From assembly GCA_049976305.1 (NCBI GenBank), contig JBMFIM010000011.1, forward strand, positions 1 to 29,365: a DNA stretch of 29,365 nt. The letters are read 5' to 3'. A program made the position numbers and the translations under genes. The notes below the pieces were generated by a model. That model made no database searches, had not been told where the DNA came from, and saw only the letters and a list, made by a program, of their open reading frames with translations. This DNA is from Candidatus Micrarchaeia archaeon (GTDB lineage: Archaea > Micrarchaeota > Micrarchaeia > Micrarchaeales > CABMGC01). Positions 17,991-27,319 of this stretch are shown piece by piece; the stretch's first letter is position 1; each line of letters starts with the position of its first letter.

Positions 17991-19610
17991 ATGCCTACAA
18001 GGTATGTTGTTGTACTGGGTTCTTTGCTAAGTGGGCTGGGAAAAGGGGTCGTAACTTCTTCTATTGTGAAAATTCTACAATTCTACGATTACAAGGTTCT
18101 GCCTTTCAAGTTCGACGGCTATCTCAACTACGATTGCGGAACTATGAATCCTTATAGGCACGGCGAAGTCTTTGTACTAGACGACAAAAGTGAGGTAGAT
18201 ATGGATTTCGGCACCTACGAGAGGTTTAGCGGCCTAAACCTTACCGGCAAAAGCTCTCTTACTGGAGGCAAGATTTTTAGCGAGATAGTAGAGAAGGAGC
18301 GAAGAGGAGATTATCTGGGCCAGGATGTTCAAATAATCCCGCACCTTACCGGCCTTATAAAGGAAAAGATAAAGAGCCTTGCCAGCGACAATAGGCTTGA
18401 CTTTCTCGTCATTGAAGTGGGAGGCACAATAGGCGATCTTGAAAACGGCTACTTCATAGAAGCTATGCGCCAGCTAGCCCTTGAGGAGCAGGTTGTCTTT
18501 GTTGATGTTACTTACATACCTGTGCTGAAGTCTGTTGGCGAGCAGAAGACAAAGCCTTCCCAGATTGCGTTTAGGTCGCTTATGCAGGCAGGCATAAGGC
18601 CTAACATCGTAATTTGCAGGGTTGACGAACCGCTTGCAGAAGAGACTAAAAGAAAGCTTGCATTGTTCATGAATCTTAAGGAAAGCAACATCTTTGACGA
18701 CAGCGACAGAGAGGTTATATACGAGCTTCCTTTGCACCTGCTTTCGCAAAATTTCGATAAAGTCCTATTTGGCGAATTTGGAATAAGGCAAGGAAAGATT
18801 AACAAGTCAAAGCTGGAGGAATGGAAAAGGGCTGTTGAGAGGATAAAGAAGCCAGCACGCGAAGTTGATATAGCAATTGTAGGAAAGTATACGGCGCTTC
18901 ACGATGCATATGTGAGTGTGAAAGAGGCGCTTGTGCATGCTGGCGGATGGCATCGTGCAAAGGTAAAGATAAGATGGGTAGAGGCCGAGGAGTTGGAAAA
19001 AGGCAAGCCGAGCGAGCTGCTTGCAGGTGTAGACGGCATTATAGTGCCAGGCGGATTTGGAAGCAGGGGTGTTGAAGGCAAGATTGAAGCGATAAGATAC
19101 GCAAGGGAAAACAAGATACCATATCTTGGCCTCTGCTTAGGCATGCAGCTAATGGCAGTAGAATATGCCAGAAACGTCTGTGGGCTTTATGGGGCCAATT
19201 CCACAGAGTTCGATCCTGATACAAAATACAAGGTAGTAGACCTTTTGCCATCTCAGCTAAAGGTTATTTACAAAGGAGGTACAATGAGGCTCGGATCTTG
19301 GGCATGCAAGATTGTAATAAAAGATTCGATAGCCTATTCAGCCTATGGCAAACAGGAAATAGAAGAGAGGCACAGGCACAGATATGAGTTTAACAACGCA
19401 TACAGGGCCATTATGAAAAAGCACGGGTTAAAGATAACAGGCCTTACCCTGGACAACAAGCTTGTAGAAATAATAGAATGGCCCGACGGTTATGGAATAG
19501 GCACCCAAGCCCATCCAGAGCTCAAATCAAAGCTTTTGGAGCCTGCTCCCTTATTCATAAGTTTTGTAGGCGCTGCACTCGAATACCGAAAGCTAAGGCT
19601 TAGGAGTTGA
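17991..19610 (+). CDS. pyrG: CTP synthase
   Basis: SGLGKG, GTMNPYRHGEVFV, DMDFGTYERF, EVGGTIGD, KTKP, VPGGFG, CLGMQ, ERHRHRYE, QAHPE. Confidence 0.98.
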   Translation: MPTRYVVVLGSLLSGLGKGVVTSSIVKILQFYDYKVLPFKFDGYLNYDCGTMNPYRHGEVFVLDDKSEVDMDFGTYERFSGLNLTGKSSLTGGKIFSEIVEKERRGDYLGQDVQIIPHLTGLIKEKIKSLASDNRLDFLVIEVGGTIGDLENGYFIEAMRQLALEEQVVFVDVTYIPVLKSVGEQKTKPSQIAFRSLMQAGIRPNIVICRVDEPLAEETKRKLALFMNLKESNIFDDSDREVIYELPLHLLSQNFDKVLFGEFGIRQGKINKSKLEEWKRAVERIKKPAREVDIAIVGKYTALHDAYVSVKEALVHAGGWHRAKVKIRWVEAEELEKGKPSELLAGVDGIIVPGGFGSRGVEGKIEAIRYARENKIPYLGLCLGMQLMAVEYARNVCGLYGANSTEFDPDTKYKVVDLLPSQLKVIYKGGTMRLGSWACKIVIKDSIAYSAYGKQEIEERHRHRYEFNNAYRAIMKKHGLKITGLTLDNKLVEIIEWPDGYGIGTQAHPELKSKLLEPAPLFISFVGAALEYRKLRLRS

Positions 19611-20265
19611 GCGCATATACCAAGGTTCTGCTTAACGGCTTGCTTTTTATTCCATCTTCGTATAGCTCCATTATTTCATTTTGCGTGAGTGCTAATGGAT
19701 AAACCTGAAGGTTTGCAATATAGCCGTTGAAGTATGCGAAGGTAGGCACAGATCCGTTAAGGTAGAAAGTTGAGGTCCGTTTGCCTATTTGTATTATGCT
19801 TGTGTTGAGCATGCGATAGGGAGTCTGCGTGGCGTTTGCCAGCTTTCCGTCAACATAGAGCGCTACAGATGAGCCGTTGTATACGCACGCTAATTGGTAC
19901 CACTTCCCAGGCTCAAGCTGGTTTATTGCTGCAAAGCGCCAGCCCGCGGTATAGTTGCCTACGCGTTCGTTGCTGAATATGCCGCATGCTGTTTTGTTTG
20001 TTATTTCGCCCCCATCTCCTAGATACCATCCAGAATGCTGGTTGTTTCCTACGCCACCCGAGACTATGACTCCCAATGTGTTTGCATGCGCGTAGTTTAC
20101 CCATGTTACGACTGTGAAGTTGCCTGTTACCGAAGCGTTAAGCTGAATGTAGGCAGAGCCGTTGAAATACTCTCCAAAAGCAGGTCTGCTTCTTGCTTGC
20201 AGGGCTGTTGTTGCAATTACTGCCGTTATCACAATTGCAGCCAGCAAAAAAGCCCACTTGGTCAC
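19600..20265 (-). CDS. Secreted LamG/concanavalin A-like domain protein
   Basis: Signal peptide, [51 protein letters not shown]. Confidence 0.9.
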   Translation of the reverse strand: MTKWAFLLAAIVITAVIATTALQARSRPAFGEYFNGSAYIQLNASVTGNFTVVTWVNYAHANTLGVIVSGGVGNNQHSGWYLGDGGEITNKTACGIFSNERVGNYTAGWRFAAINQLEPGKWYQLACVYNGSSVALYVDGKLANATQTPYRMLNTSIIQIGKRTSTFYLNGSVPTFAYFNGYIANLQVYPLALTQNEIMELYEDGIKSKPLSRTLVYALNS

Positions 20266-21077
20266 ATCAGCGCCTTTTTAAGCGCATTGCAGCAACTACA
20301 TTCGCCATTTTCGTTTGGATCGATGTCGTTTATTGCCCTATTTATCAGCTCCTTCACGTTTTTAAGATTCTTTGCCATTGTTTCCTCAACTTCCTCAGCG
20401 GTCACCGGCACTTCAGCAAACACATCGTAGTCAGTGACCATGCCGATAGTGGCGTAGCACATCTCAGCTTCGCATGCAAGGTTCACTTCAGGCACTAGTG
20501 TCATGCCGATTATATCTGCTTTGTAGACATTATGCCATATGTTGCTTTCAGCCCTTGTCGAGAATCTCGGCCCTTCTATGCATAGGTATGTACCTTTTTC
20601 GTGCACGCTTAGCCCGGCATCTTTTGCCTCTTTTACAATAATCCTTCTTAGGTAGCCACAGAAAGGATCCGCCATTGAGACATGCGCTACTACTGGGCCG
20701 TCAAAGAATGTATGCTTTCTTATTCCTTTTGTCATGTCCACAAACTGATCTGGCACTACAAAATCTCCGGGCTTTATTGAAAGGTCTAGGCTGCCTACCG
20801 CCGAAACTCCTATGAGCTTCTTAACCCCGAGCTCTTTCATGGCCCAGATGTTTGCTCTGTAATTTACATTGTGCGGCGGTATCTTGTGGCCTCGCCCGTG
20901 TCTCGGTAAAAATGCAACCTTCTTGTTGCCTACATAGCCCATTATGATGCTGTCGCTTGGGGAGCCATAAGGCGTGTACACCTTAACCTCCTTAGCGTCT
21001 TGCACAAACGTCGGGTCGTAAAGGCCTGACCCTCCTATTATTCCTATGTCTGCTCTTTCTTCAGGTTCTGCCAGCAT
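20262..21077 (-). CDS. mtnP: S-methyl-5'-thioadenosine phosphorylase (PNP/MTAP family)
   Basis: [53 protein letters not shown]. Confidence 0.95.
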   Translation of the reverse strand: MLAEPEERADIGIIGGSGLYDPTFVQDAKEVKVYTPYGSPSDSIIMGYVGNKKVAFLPRHGRGHKIPPHNVNYRANIWAMKELGVKKLIGVSAVGSLDLSIKPGDFVVPDQFVDMTKGIRKHTFFDGPVVAHVSMADPFCGYLRRIIVKEAKDAGLSVHEKGTYLCIEGPRFSTRAESNIWHNVYKADIIGMTLVPEVNLACEAEMCYATIGMVTDYDVFAEVPVTAEEVEETMAKNLKNVKELINRAINDIDPNENGECSCCNALKKALM

Positions 21078-21120
21078 GATCCTTGTTATGTTGCCAAATA
21101 TTAAAAACTTGCATGCTCAT

Positions 21121-23103
21121 TCAGAAAAGAGAGCCTTTCCTGTTTTGCAAGTACCTCAGCGAGATGTCGCTCATTACATCTAGAACGTCTATGCACCTAT
21201 CTGTTACCTCTTCAAGCGCTTCGTAGATATCCTTGTACTCTACCATCTTTACAGCATCCTTTTCTTTTGCAAGCTGCTTAAGCGACTTTCTCAAGAGCAT
21301 GTCTCCTTCGTTTTCATATGCTGTAGCCGCATCCCTGAGCCTGCTCCTTTCTTTCTCAAAATTGCTGGTGTTTAGCGAAAGCCTCACCAGCATCTCGAAG
21401 CTTTCGCTTATTATGCCTACGCTCTTCTCTATGCCTTCTGCAAACTTCCTTATTGTGCCGTTTGGTTTTGCATCGTATATGACCATTCTCGATGCAACCT
21501 TCTCTATGCCGTCTATCACATTATCGAGTCTGCCCGCCAAGTGAGATACGTCTACATAAGTGGTTGAGCTGGGCTTGGAATTGAGTATTATGTCGAATAT
21601 TTCTCTTATCTCCTTGTCAGCGATATGCTCGTATCGCTTTATTCTCCTGAAGTATCTAGCATTTTTACCTCTATAGGCCATTTCGCTGAGAAGCTTGGAT
21701 GCTCTCATGGTGTATTGTATGTGCTTTCTGAATTTGTCCTGGAGTGAGTAGGTTATAAGCATAAGGCTTTCTTCTCCAGAAGTCTCCGAGAGAGGCTTTC
21801 GCTTGGTTTCTGGAAGGAGGAACAAGGTTATGAGAAAGCCGGCAAGCGCGATTATTCCAAGAACGCCTATCAGTGCAAATTCGCCGATTGATTTTATCAG
21901 CAGAGGAAATATGAGCGTAGATATAGCAGCACCAAGCTTTCCGCTTGTCGAAGCAATACCGTGGCCTGTAGCTCTTATGCTAGTCGGATAGAGCTCCGTA
22001 GGGTACACATAGGTAGTTGTGTTCGGACCATAGTTGGTGAAAAAGAAAGTAAGGCCGTAGACAAAAAAGAAAAGAAGCGAAGAGGCTTTTAGCATTGCAG
22101 GGCCAAGGGCTGAGATAAGCAAAAACAGCAAACCCATCATCAGGAAGCCTACTGCCTGTATCTTTTTCCTTCCTTCTCTGTCTATGAGCGCAACAGCAAG
22201 CCAGTAGCCCGGAACTGCCATAGCGAGCATTAGCACCGAGGAGACTTTAACAGCCGCGAAAGTACCGGTAAAGCCAAAAACGGTGGCGAGGTATGGTGTG
22301 AAAATGCCTGTGCCATAGTATGAAATGTCCATGAGGAACCATGCAAGCGCTGTACCCAAAACGACATTCGGATACCTTCTTGCAAATTCAGCCAGGGTGG
22401 TCGCGGGTATGAAATCTGCAGAGCTTATGCTTTTGTTGGTAATCTCTTTAAGCGTGCTTCTTGCACTTGACAATTTGCCCCTGAAAATATCATAAAGTGG
22501 CGTTTCCTTGAACTTCAGCCTAAAGTACATGATCAGCAGCGAAGGCACGGCGCCTATTGCAAGAAGAAGCCTCCAGGCTATGCCTTCTGGCACGTTGGCA
22601 TACAATAGCAGAAGGGCAACTACCACACCTGTGGCTATGCCAAAGCCCTGCATAGCAAACGTGGATGCGACTAGCTTGCCTCGGTCGTTGCGATTGGCAT
22701 ACTCTGCCACTATCGTAGAGCTTAATGGATAATCCCCTCCTATGCCCAGGCCTAGAAGGAATCGCCAAAAGACAAGCTGCATTAAGCTAAATGAGAGCGA
22801 AGATCCTATTGCACCTACGATAAGTATTGAGATGGTAATCCAGTATGTCCTCTTCCTGCCGTATTTATCTGCGAGCTTGCCAAATATAACGGGCCCAATT
22901 ACAGCGCCAAAAAGCGCTGCGCTTGCAGCGTAGCCCATCTGCGTAGGGGTTAGTGAAAAGACTTGCTTGAGCATGAGCAATGCGACGCCTATTACAAAGA
23001 GGTCGTAAGCGTCGGTAAAGAAGCTCATGCCAGAGATCAACATAACGCGTATGTGCGACCTGCTAAGCTTCGCCCCCTCAAGGTCTCCTCTGAGAGAATT
23101 CAT
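21121..23103 (-). CDS. MFS phosphate:H+ symporter-like transporter fused to a C-terminal DUF47 (PhoU-like) domain
   Basis: N-terminal part: FFTDAYDLF, ADKYGRK, GIGGDYPLS, DISYYG, GPNTTT, ELYPTSIR, PETK. C-terminal ~210 aa: EHIAD, LDNVID, ENEGD, LEEVTDRCIDV. Confidence 0.9.
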   Translation of the reverse strand: MNSLRGDLEGAKLSRSHIRVMLISGMSFFTDAYDLFVIGVALLMLKQVFSLTPTQMGYAASAALFGAVIGPVIFGKLADKYGRKRTYWITISILIVGAIGSSLSFSLMQLVFWRFLLGLGIGGDYPLSSTIVAEYANRNDRGKLVASTFAMQGFGIATGVVVALLLLYANVPEGIAWRLLLAIGAVPSLLIMYFRLKFKETPLYDIFRGKLSSARSTLKEITNKSISSADFIPATTLAEFARRYPNVVLGTALAWFLMDISYYGTGIFTPYLATVFGFTGTFAAVKVSSVLMLAMAVPGYWLAVALIDREGRKKIQAVGFLMMGLLFLLISALGPAMLKASSLLFFFVYGLTFFFTNYGPNTTTYVYPTELYPTSIRATGHGIASTSGKLGAAISTLIFPLLIKSIGEFALIGVLGIIALAGFLITLFLLPETKRKPLSETSGEESLMLITYSLQDKFRKHIQYTMRASKLLSEMAYRGKNARYFRRIKRYEHIADKEIREIFDIILNSKPSSTTYVDVSHLAGRLDNVIDGIEKVASRMVIYDAKPNGTIRKFAEGIEKSVGIISESFEMLVRLSLNTSNFEKERSRLRDAATAYENEGDMLLRKSLKQLAKEKDAVKMVEYKDIYEALEEVTDRCIDVLDVMSDISLRYLQNRKGSLF

Positions 23104-23132
23104 GCTTTCTCAACATATTGAAAAAGAAACGC

Positions 23133-24200
23133 TTAAATTACCTTATTCTTTTTTGTTCTGCTATCCTCTTTTCTAAATAGAGAAAGGAGTGGATTTGTTT
23201 TATTATTATCATCTTTTCTAACGATATCTTCTTGCTGCTGGGCATTGAAGATATTTTCTTCCACCTTTTTTTCGCTACCTTTTGATTTACTGCCTTTCTT
23301 TTCAGGTTCATTGTTTGTTTTGCTCCTATTCGATACAACATTATTCTGGTTGCTTAAAGGAAGCTTTTCTTGAATATTGGTTACTAATATGTCCGATATT
23401 TCAATGCCGCTCCTTGCTGCCTCCTTTAGTTTGCTCAAACTCAAAGAAAGCGCGTGAGGCTTATTAGTAAACAGCAGGTTGTTGTATAATGAGCCTATTT
23501 CAAGCTTGTTAGCTGTCTCATCTATTAAGGCGTATGTGCCTTCCAATGTGCTTGTCTGCACTTTGACTACTATGGTAGTGTTGCTATTTGAAGTATACGT
23601 ACCTAGCCCTGTGAACTTTACATGGCCAGAAAGCGAAATAAAAGGGGTCAGAATCTCTACCGCGCGTGTAACAGCCTCGCTCGCAGCATCTATGGTAAAC
23701 GAGAAGCTTTGTGACCGGGGAGTCATGGCGATAAGGGAAGTAGTCCTAGGGCCAGGATGCGTACACAATACCAAATTATCGCAATTCTGTGAGCGTATTT
23801 TCTCAGCTATCTTTTCGAAGTCAGCTACTTCCTTCAGCTCCATGCCTTTTTCGAGTTTTGTATTCCCCGCCACACCGTTGATGAATGCGAATGCAAAAGT
23901 GCCTATTTTTACAACCTCGCCATCTTTCATCAGCATGCTGCTTCCGTCCTTGTTCTTTGCTTGTTTTAGTAGTTCTACAGGATCATGGTTGCCATATATG
24001 AAGTGGAACTTCGCCCCTGTAGCTGCCAGCCTTTCAAAATCGCCAAGAGTCCATGCGTGGCCTATATCTCCTAACACTATTACATTTTCGGCTTTGGTGC
24101 GCAAGACTAGCTTTAGGAAGTTTTTAAATGCATAGCTTTCATCTACTCCTTTATATGCACCTCTTTCGTAGTGAAGGTCGCTGACTATAAGTATGGCCAT
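23133..24200 (-). CDS. Calcineurin-like metallophosphoesterase with a low-complexity Lys/Asn-rich tail
   Basis: SDLH, LGDIG, YGNHD, CTHP, SGHV. Start taken at MAILIVSDLH. Confidence 0.88.
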   Translation of the reverse strand: MAILIVSDLHYERGAYKGVDESYAFKNFLKLVLRTKAENVIVLGDIGHAWTLGDFERLAATGAKFHFIYGNHDPVELLKQAKNKDGSSMLMKDGEVVKIGTFAFAFINGVAGNTKLEKGMELKEVADFEKIAEKIRSQNCDNLVLCTHPGPRTTSLIAMTPRSQSFSFTIDAASEAVTRAVEILTPFISLSGHVKFTGLGTYTSNSNTTIVVKVQTSTLEGTYALIDETANKLEIGSLYNNLLFTNKPHALSLSLSKLKEAARSGIEISDILVTNIQEKLPLSNQNNVVSNRSKTNNEPEKKGSKSKGSEKKVEENIFNAQQQEDIVRKDDNNKTNPLLSLFRKEDSRTKKNKVI

Positions 24201-24277
24201 GATAATTACCTCAAAGAATTGCAAAATACAATGTCTTACCTGGTATTTATTAGTATCTTTTTAAGCCGAAAGATTCG

Positions 24278-24305
24278 TAAGCGTTTTAAATAATACAAAC
24301 GCTTA
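24278..24305. promoter_or_regulatory. Perfect 9-bp inverted repeat in the divergent promoter region (possible operator)
   Basis: TAAGCGTTT-N10-AAACGCTTA, overlapping TATA-like sequences. Confidence 0.45.
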
Positions 24306-24331
24306 AAAGCAGGGAAAACATTATTCATAAT

Positions 24332-25375
24332 ATGATGGAAGGGCAGCTTGTCTTTAAGAGGGAAGATGCTTCCTTTGACCATCTGCTAGTGGGAGTAATT
24401 GGCGGAATTATCAAGCCTATCTGTGACCAGTTAAAGGACGGTGATACCCTTTATTTGGTTGGAAGTGCTGCCTTAGAAATTTCTAGGTATTTGGTTGGAA
24501 GTGCTGCCTTAGAAATTTCTAGGCAAAACCCCCAAAAGATGCTGCTACCTCACGATAAAAAATTAAAAGTCCATGATGTCGACATAAACATAGTATGCGG
24601 AAACAAAGGAAATTGCAACTACCACTTCGATTATCCTAACTTCGGAAGGGTAAACGTCGATATTCATGCAGGTACGCCCGAAGAATTATTTGGCGTAAGA
24701 AGGGAAGTTTTGGAAAAACATTCTTTAACAGTGAGCCTTCAGGTGTACTCAACCGCTATGGGTATTCCAGAGGGAGAGGTAGAAGTGAAAATCCCACGCG
24801 ACTACCTCATTATTGTTCCTAAGTTGCTTGCTTGGAAGGCTAGGCGTGACAGCAAAAAGCTTACGCATGCGGAAGCTTTAATGGGTTTCGTTACTGCTTT
24901 TTCAAATAATGAAAAGGAGTTTATTGAAGGCTTCTCTTCATTTTTATCCGAGAACTGGAAAACCTTACAGCCCTTTATTCAAGATCGCTTAAATAGACAA
25001 GAAGTTAAACTTGAAATAGAAAAGCCAAAAGACATTATTGACATTTTCAAGGAAAGTGTGTTTTGGACGCTAAAAGAAGAACTTAAAGGAGTTGTTGATG
25101 GGGCTATACAAAACAAAATAGATCAAAAACAGATAGAGGCTATTAAAAATATTCTCAATTTTGTTAGCACTTATTCCAATTTCGAAGAAGAATTTAAAAA
25201 TTACCTTGCGGCATGTGCAGACGAAGATGCTAGCTGGCTTCCTGAATGGAAAAGGGAGTTCTTAGAAGAATATTTCAGAGAAAAAGGGATCACTTTGCCG
25301 CAAAATCTGCCAGATATCTTTATGGTTATGGTTGAGTCACTTGAGCATAAGAGCTTCAGAGTCTTGAAACGATAG
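24332..25375 (+). CDS. Putative nucleotidyltransferase (AbiEii/MenT-like, pol-beta superfamily) with a helical C-terminal extension
   Basis: hhhGSxAL (YLVGSAAL), HDVDI, VDI and KLLAWKARRDSK occur in the order expected for this clan. Confidence 0.6.
   Translation: MMEGQLVFKREDASFDHLLVGVIGGIIKPICDQLKDGDTLYLVGSAALEISRYLVGSAALEISRQNPQKMLLPHDKKLKVHDVDINIVCGNKGNCNYHFDYPNFGRVNVDIHAGTPEELFGVRREVLEKHSLTVSLQVYSTAMGIPEGEVEVKIPRDYLIIVPKLLAWKARRDSKKLTHAEALMGFVTAFSNNEKEFIEGFSSFLSENWKTLQPFIQDRLNRQEVKLEIEKPKDIIDIFKESVFWTLKEELKGVVDGAIQNKIDQKQIEAIKNILNFVSTYSNFEEEFKNYLAACADEDASWLPEWKREFLEEYFREKGITLPQNLPDIFMVMVESLEHKSFRVLKR
24452..24523 (+). repeat. Perfect 36-bp tandem duplication (2 copies), in frame
   Basis: TATTTGGTTGGAAGTGCTGCCTTAGAAATTTCTAGG at 24452-24487 and 24488-24523, encoding YLVGSAALEISR twice. 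Confidence 0.97.
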
Positions 25376-25454
25376 CCATTCTAGTCCAGCTGGCTACTAG
25401 CAGGAGTGAAAAACTAAGCTAACCTTAATAAAAGTCCAAAAATAAAAAGTAATC

Positions 25455-25841
25455 ATGTCCGCTTACATATTGCGCGAAGACAATGGCATTTCCGTATATT
25501 TTGAGCATTCAAAATCATACTTAGCGGTAAGTGGCGTAATAATCGGACCCAATGGCAGTCTTCCCTTTTCTATAACATATAATGGGCAGGAATTTAAAAT
25601 AATCTTTGGAGAGCTGTCTTATACTGATAAGGGGAGAAAAGGAGATTTGGATGGGCGAAAACCGTACGAGGCGTTCACTAGGCTTGTAAAGTATGCCGAT
25701 GATATAGGAAGATCAAAACTTGAGTCTTCTGCAACTAATGTGGATAGTGAAATAAGATTTTTATACAGACACCGCCTTATCGAAGCGCTTTTAGATATTG
25801 CAAAAGAACCGTGCGCATTTAAAATCAATAGGAGGATATAA
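25455..25841 (+). CDS. Hypothetical protein
   Basis: 128-aa ORF with an upstream TTAATAA box, ending 12 nt before the next gene. Confidence 0.7.
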   Translation: MSAYILREDNGISVYFEHSKSYLAVSGVIIGPNGSLPFSITYNGQEFKIIFGELSYTDKGRKGDLDGRKPYEAFTRLVKYADDIGRSKLESSATNVDSEIRFLYRHRLIEALLDIAKEPCAFKINRRI

Positions 25842-25853
25842 TCGGGTGTTGAA

Positions 25854-26531
25854 ATGAGCGTTGATGCCGTAAAGGAGGATAAAGTAAAACCATTGGAGGA
25901 GCATCTGTCAATGGCATATAGTTTCGTAAAGACGGTATTGCCAAAAGAAATAGTAGGGCTCATAGATACTCAAAAAGACATAAGTTGGCTGGTGCGCCCA
26001 TCAAATATTGAAAGTATGAAGAAGAATGGCGAAGCGGATGTGATCGCTTATTTTGTCTACAAGCTATCTTTGCTTGCGATCCGTAGATATGTGAGTGCGA
26101 ACAAGATTGATCAAAGGACGCTGATCAGCTCCTATTTCACGAGATTTCCAGAAGCCACAAGCTATCTAGTCACGCTAATGTATGAGCACGGGGCTAGCTT
26201 TTCTGATAAGGAAAGCATAGTAGCGCAAATAGAAAAGGACATAGCTGAGGATATGGCATTCATTAACTTGCAGCTGAAGGCTGGAACATTGGACTATTTT
26301 TATAGCTTCCATGAGCTATTGAGAAGGTCGCCTAACATGGCTAATGCGCCAGCAAGATTAGGTATGGAAATTGGGGCGTCTGCAAACGAGCTTTGGGAAT
26401 ATAAGAGCGTGCTTGAAACCGCAAAGATAATGCTTGAGGTTTATAAATCTTACAAAGATGCTAGGCTTATTGGGGAAACCATACTCTACGTTCTTCATAA
26501 CCCTCATGTTATGGCTGAGAATAGAAAATAG
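25854..26531 (+). CDS. Hypothetical protein; paralog of the downstream HExxH protein that lacks the metal ligands
   Basis: Shares AYxFxxxVLPKE, PSNI, FxExxSY, KxxIxxxxxxDIxxD and LExA blocks with 26567..27319. HELTH aligns to YKLSL. Confidence 0.75.
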   Translation: MSVDAVKEDKVKPLEEHLSMAYSFVKTVLPKEIVGLIDTQKDISWLVRPSNIESMKKNGEADVIAYFVYKLSLLAIRRYVSANKIDQRTLISSYFTRFPEATSYLVTLMYEHGASFSDKESIVAQIEKDIAEDMAFINLQLKAGTLDYFYSFHELLRRSPNMANAPARLGMEIGASANELWEYKSVLETAKIMLEVYKSYKDARLIGETILYVLHNPHVMAENRK

Positions 26532-26566
26532 ACATATTTTTAAACCGCCTAAGGCAAAATAATATT

Positions 26567-27319
26567 ATGCAGGCACTCAAAACCAATTTAGAAACCAGCG
26601 CCATATTAAATGAATTAAAAGCAGCATACAAATTTTTGGAAAACGTGCTACCGAAGGAAATGTTTGATGCGTTTCAAATGCCCAAAATATGCCTTTGGAA
26701 CGATCCTGCCGAAGAGGTAAGGCCTTATTACAATCCTAAAACCAATCAAATACTCTTTCCAAGCAATATTGATTTCGATAATTCTCAAACCAAAGCACAA
26801 GTGGCGGAGTGGCTGGTCCACGAGTTAACGCATGCTGTCCTCCAGAATTATTTGAACAATTTGAACAAGGGTGGCCTCACTAACGTACGCTATATTACCG
26901 AAAATAGAAAAATAAATGCGTTTTCCGAAGGCTTTAGCTATATGATGGAGCATCTTTATCGCTATACTCATAATTCGGGAGTTGAAGATCTTAGTATACT
27001 GAAAAATAAGCAAGAGATTATAAAACGCCTAAAGGAAGATATAAATCAGGACTTGGGCAGAGTAAACACAGATAAGGCATCGGGCTCCGGAGATAATGCA
27101 GCAGTTAGCGGGGATACCTTACAAGAGATGTGGCGCGAATTTGAAGATGCACTTAGGGGCGCATCGAAGGCCTTGGATTCTTTGAAGGAAGGAACTAAAG
27201 TTTCTCCAAAAGAGCAGCTTGAAGCAGCTCAGAAACTAGTTGAGGAATATGAGAGAAGCAATTATGATATTGGAGTGTTTGTTTATAACGCATTTATTGT
27301 ATTATTGTCATCCTCTTGA
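26567..27319 (+). CDS. Putative zinc metallopeptidase-like protein (gluzincin type), probably truncated by a frameshift
   Basis: YYNPKTNQI, LVHELTHA (HExxH at 26819-26833), downstream FSEGFS (third ligand), YDIG. Confidence 0.7.
   Translation: MQALKTNLETSAILNELKAAYKFLENVLPKEMFDAFQMPKICLWNDPAEEVRPYYNPKTNQILFPSNIDFDNSQTKAQVAEWLVHELTHAVLQNYLNNLNKGGLTNVRYITENRKINAFSEGFSYMMEHLYRYTHNSGVEDLSILKNKQEIIKRLKEDINQDLGRVNTDKASGSGDNAAVSGDTLQEMWREFEDALRGASKALDSLKEGTKVSPKEQLEAAQKLVEEYERSNYDIGVFVYNAFIVLLSSS

Noticed and set aside
23127..24307. 11-bp direct repeat AAACGCTTAAA (23127-23137 and 24297-24307) flanking the phosphoesterase, read as a target-site duplication
   Set aside because: Both copies coincide with TATA-like promoter positions about 30 nt from neighbouring start codons. 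They are short and AT-rich, and no transposase is present.
24452..24523. 36-bp repeat read as a CRISPR repeat
   Set aside because: The copies are directly adjacent with no spacer, lie in frame within a CDS, and no cas genes are present.
26911..27298. 12-bp inverted repeat AATAAATGCGTT/AACGCATTTATT read as invertible-segment ends
   Set aside because: The enclosed sequence aligns colinearly with the paralogs in its present orientation, no recombinase is nearby, and chance is plausible in AT-rich DNA.
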